Under the pieces are notes generated by a model that was not told where the DNA came from, ran no database searches, and saw only the letters and a program-made list of their open reading frames with translations. A DNA stretch of 64,000 bases from the NCBI RefSeq assembly GCF_009914755.1, contig NC_060929.1. The stretch is one strand, 5' to 3'. The DNA is from the human T2T-CHM13v2.0 reference genome, Homo sapiens. Shown here piece after piece: positions 60,635-64,000 of the stretch. The position numbers and the translations under genes are program-made. Each line of letters opens with the position of its first letter. The stretch's first letter is position 1.

Positions 60635-61063
60635 GATTTTGAGCATTTTTTATAGGCTTGTTTGGCCACATGTATGTCTTCTTTTGCAAAGAGCCTCTTC
60701 ATGTCTTTGCCTACTTTTTAGTGGAATTGTTTGCTTTTTGCTTGTTAATTTGTTTAAGTTCCTGATAGATTTTAAATATTAGACCTTTGTCAGATGCATA
60801 TTTTGCAAATATTTTCTTCTAATCTATATGTTGTCTGTTTATCCTATTGATAGCTTCTTTTGTTATGCAGAAACACTTTAGTTTAATTAGGTTCCTTTTG
60901 TCTATTTTGTTTTTGTTGCAATTCCTCTTGATGTCTTTGTCATGAAGTCAGGTTCAATGTTCAGAATGATATTTCCTAGGTTACCTTCCAGGGTTTTTAT
61001 AGTTTTAGGCTTTACTTTTAAGTCTTTAATCCATCATGAGTTGACTTCTGTATGTGGTGTAAG

Positions 61064-61200
61064 TATTTTTTATACCCATTCTCCATGACATATTTATTTC
61101 ACATTGCATGCCTTTATCAAAATTTCTCATGTACCCCATAAACATGTATGCCTAATATGTTCCTACAAAAAATGAAAAGTTAAAGAAAAATTAAATAAGA
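61064..61200 (+). mobile_element. Short L1MA1-3-like 3' end inserted in the L1
   Basis: cattgcatgcctttatcaaaa..tctcatgtaccccataaa plus an A-rich tail. Confidence 0.7.
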
Positions 61201-61254
61201 TATATTGTGTAAGGAAGGGGTCCAGCTTCAATAAACTCCATGACTAAAAAAAAA

Positions 61255-62640
61255 CTTAAAAATTTTATAATAGTTTTAGGTTTATAGAAAAAAATGAAAA
61301 AACAGTACAGTTTCCATATATTACATATGTTTCATCTATTATTAACATTGTACTGTAGTATGCTACATTTGTCAAAATTAATGAACCAATATTGATAGAT
61401 TATTATTGACTAACTACCATTGATTATTCAGATTGTTTTAGTTTCTGTCTAATGTCCTTTATCTGTTCTAGGATCATATCCAGGATACCACATCATGTTT
61501 ATCATGTTTCCTTAGGTTCTACTTGACTATGACAATTTTTCAGATATTTCTGCTTTTTGATGACCTTGATTGTATTTAGGAATACTGGCTACGTAGTTTG
61601 TAGAATACCTCTCAATTAAGATTTGTATAATGTTTTTCTCATGATTAGACTAATGTTATGTGTTTTGGGGAAGACCACAAAAATAAAGTTTCATTATTAT
61701 CAAAATGTTTCAAGGACACATACTTTCAACAATAGTTATCACTGTTGATGTTAACCTTGATCACAGGCTGAAGTAGTGTGTTTAAGATTTATCCATTGTG
61801 AACCTATGTTTCTTACCCACATTTTTACACTATAATCTTTAGAAGAAAGTAACCATGTTCAGCCCACACCTTAGAGTAGGGCATATTCTCCACCTCCCTG
61901 AGGTAGGAATATCCACAGTAATTTTTTCAGAAATTTTCTGCATGGGATATTTGTCTGTCTATACTATGTATTCATGTATTTTATCTTTACTTACATTAGT
62001 ATGGATCCATGGATATTTATTTTATACATTGGGTTATAATGCAATACTACTTTATTTTGTTGTTCAAATTGTTTCAGCTTTGGTTATTGGGAAATAGTAC
62101 AATCAGTGTCAGTGTCCTTTTGACATAATCCCTATCATGGTTTTTCAATGTATTTGTTTGTTTAGAGTATACAAGGTGTATGTTTTTTGGTAATACAAGG
62201 TGCCCCAGGCTCATCTTGTATAGTTTCTTTCTTAGTCATAGAATCAGTCATGTCTCCAAGGAGACCTGGTCTCTTTTATTGGAAGGTGGTATTAGGAACA
62301 ATGATCTGAGCAGCAGGGGTGCTCACTGGGAATATCATTATTGATAAGAGTCAGCTGACAGAGCAAGGCAATATATGTGTGTATACTAACCAGTGTGTAT
62401 ACATGTCTCCATAAATACTTCTATATGTAACTATCTGTATTTATATGAACATGAGTTCATACTGATGTACCCAACTTAAATCTGTCATTCTAGTATTCTC
62501 CCTTGTTTATCTGTAACCTCCAACTCCAACAGTGAGAAATCTGTTTCCCACTCTCTGCCATTTTTTAACTTAATTGTTCAATTCTGGTATACATATATAG
62601 TGGCTTTAGAATTTTTAGCCCATACTCTTAGCTTTTTTAA
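61255..62640 (-). mobile_element. L1MC/L1MD 3'UTR
   Basis: aattaatgaaccaatattgata..ttctaggatc..ccaggataccacat..gatgttaaccttgatcac. Confidence 0.8.
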
Positions 62641-64000
62641 AAAATTAATTGGCCGATTATCAAGGGACATATCTGAGAAAAATCTGCAGATTTTCAATCC
62701 ACACATCACTGAATTGAAAGTTTTTTATGTAGACCTTAAATGTTGGAGTTATTTATATGCATTGGTGCATCAATAAATTTTTGTTTCTTTAAATAAAAAT
62801 AAGGGTAAAAAAATCCTAGGTGGATCCTTCTAAAAATAAGAAAATCTGAAACATCTAATATCCTTGGTTCAATAAAGTATAGTTTTTAAAACTATATTCT
62901 ACAGAATTCTTTTGTTAAAAGGAACAATGGTCACTTCAAATTTGCTTGGTTATAAAATAAATATTCTTGTCTTAAGCAACTGCAGGGAAGAAAGATGTCA
63001 AATCTATTTTCATAACAGAAGTTACAGCTACTTGTAAGCTGAGGTTCACATGCTTGGAAATTTTCACCAGAAAAGAGAAAAAAGTAACACTTATTATAAT
63101 CCAGATTGAAATATTGTTGGGAAGGTCTTTGATGTTTCTGATTTAGAGTTTGTGTCAACCCTTTGGATCTAACATTGTAGCCATGACTGAAAAGTATTAT
63201 TACTTGAGCAAACAAGAGTAGAAAAGCATCGCACTACATTAATTCCAATACAGAAGAGCAAAATTTTGTATAACTTCAATAGGGAAAAACTAATTATTAT
63301 TTTCTTTGCAAAATGTGTAACTCAGCAATTTTTTGTTAAAATAGCATTAATCAAGAGCTAATATACCTAAAATATTGAACTGAATGTATTCTTTAATATG
63401 CAAATAGTGATTAGAAAGTTTAAAGACTAAAAATTAGGGAAATTTATAAATGTGAAAACGAATAGATTTGTCAGAAGGAACATGAATATTATAAAAGGAA
63501 GATAAAATAGAGTGAACTTGAAAATGATCTCTTTAATCCATACCTTGAGTATGTTGATGATGCTCTTGCTCAGCTTGAAAATAATTTAGGACCTAGAAAA
63601 TAGAGTTGAAAAGTACAAAACATTATGTGAAAATAATTAGATCTGTTAGAATCTTTAAAGATCATGCCCATGTGCTTTAAGGTTTCAATAAGAAGTGATT
63701 CTCATGGCTGTCGTAGACTTTAGAGATGCTTCTCATAATCATATAAGTAACTGAATACATCGAGCAAAAGAAAAACCCCCAAAACAAACCTGATACACAC
63801 AGTATATATACACACACAGCCCTTCTGTTATGATTATTGCTATGTGGTAATACTTAATCCTTATTCTCAACATCCCATGAAATAACCATAAAATACAAAC
63901 CAGGGGCAAAGGGTCATCAGTGAAAAACAGCAAGAAAAGGAAAGGGACAGGCAGTAAGAGGTTGCCTCATTGATAATTATAAGACTAGGAAGGAATGAAA

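Overview
AT-rich, CpG-depleted primate genomic DNA, almost certainly human, because it carries near-consensus AluYa5 and AluYb8 copies. It looks like gene-desert or deep-intronic sequence. I found no supportable protein-coding gene, RNA gene or CpG island, and the supplied ORFs are Alu/L1/MaLR/ERVL remnants or chance ORFs. Much of the window is nested retroelements: L1 of many ages, eight Alus plus an Alu 3' stub and a FAM monomer, THE1/MST/MLT1 MaLR elements, an LTR16/ERVL provirus, MER4, MER44, MER91, MIR and L2. I found no new biological 'system'. The structure that repeats do not explain is: (1) a ~600-bp polyadenylated, 3'UTR-like sequence present twice, 22 kb apart, with one copy sitting exactly where an MST 5' LTR should be; (2) a ~125-bp near-perfect fold-back palindrome in an old L1 5' end; (3) two young, candidate-polymorphic Alus; (4) an Alu stub stacked on an AluSp target site; (5) short candidate L1 3' transductions; (6) several local tandem duplications. 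Subfamily names come from recalled consensus sequences, not a RepeatMasker run. Boundaries of old elements are approximate.
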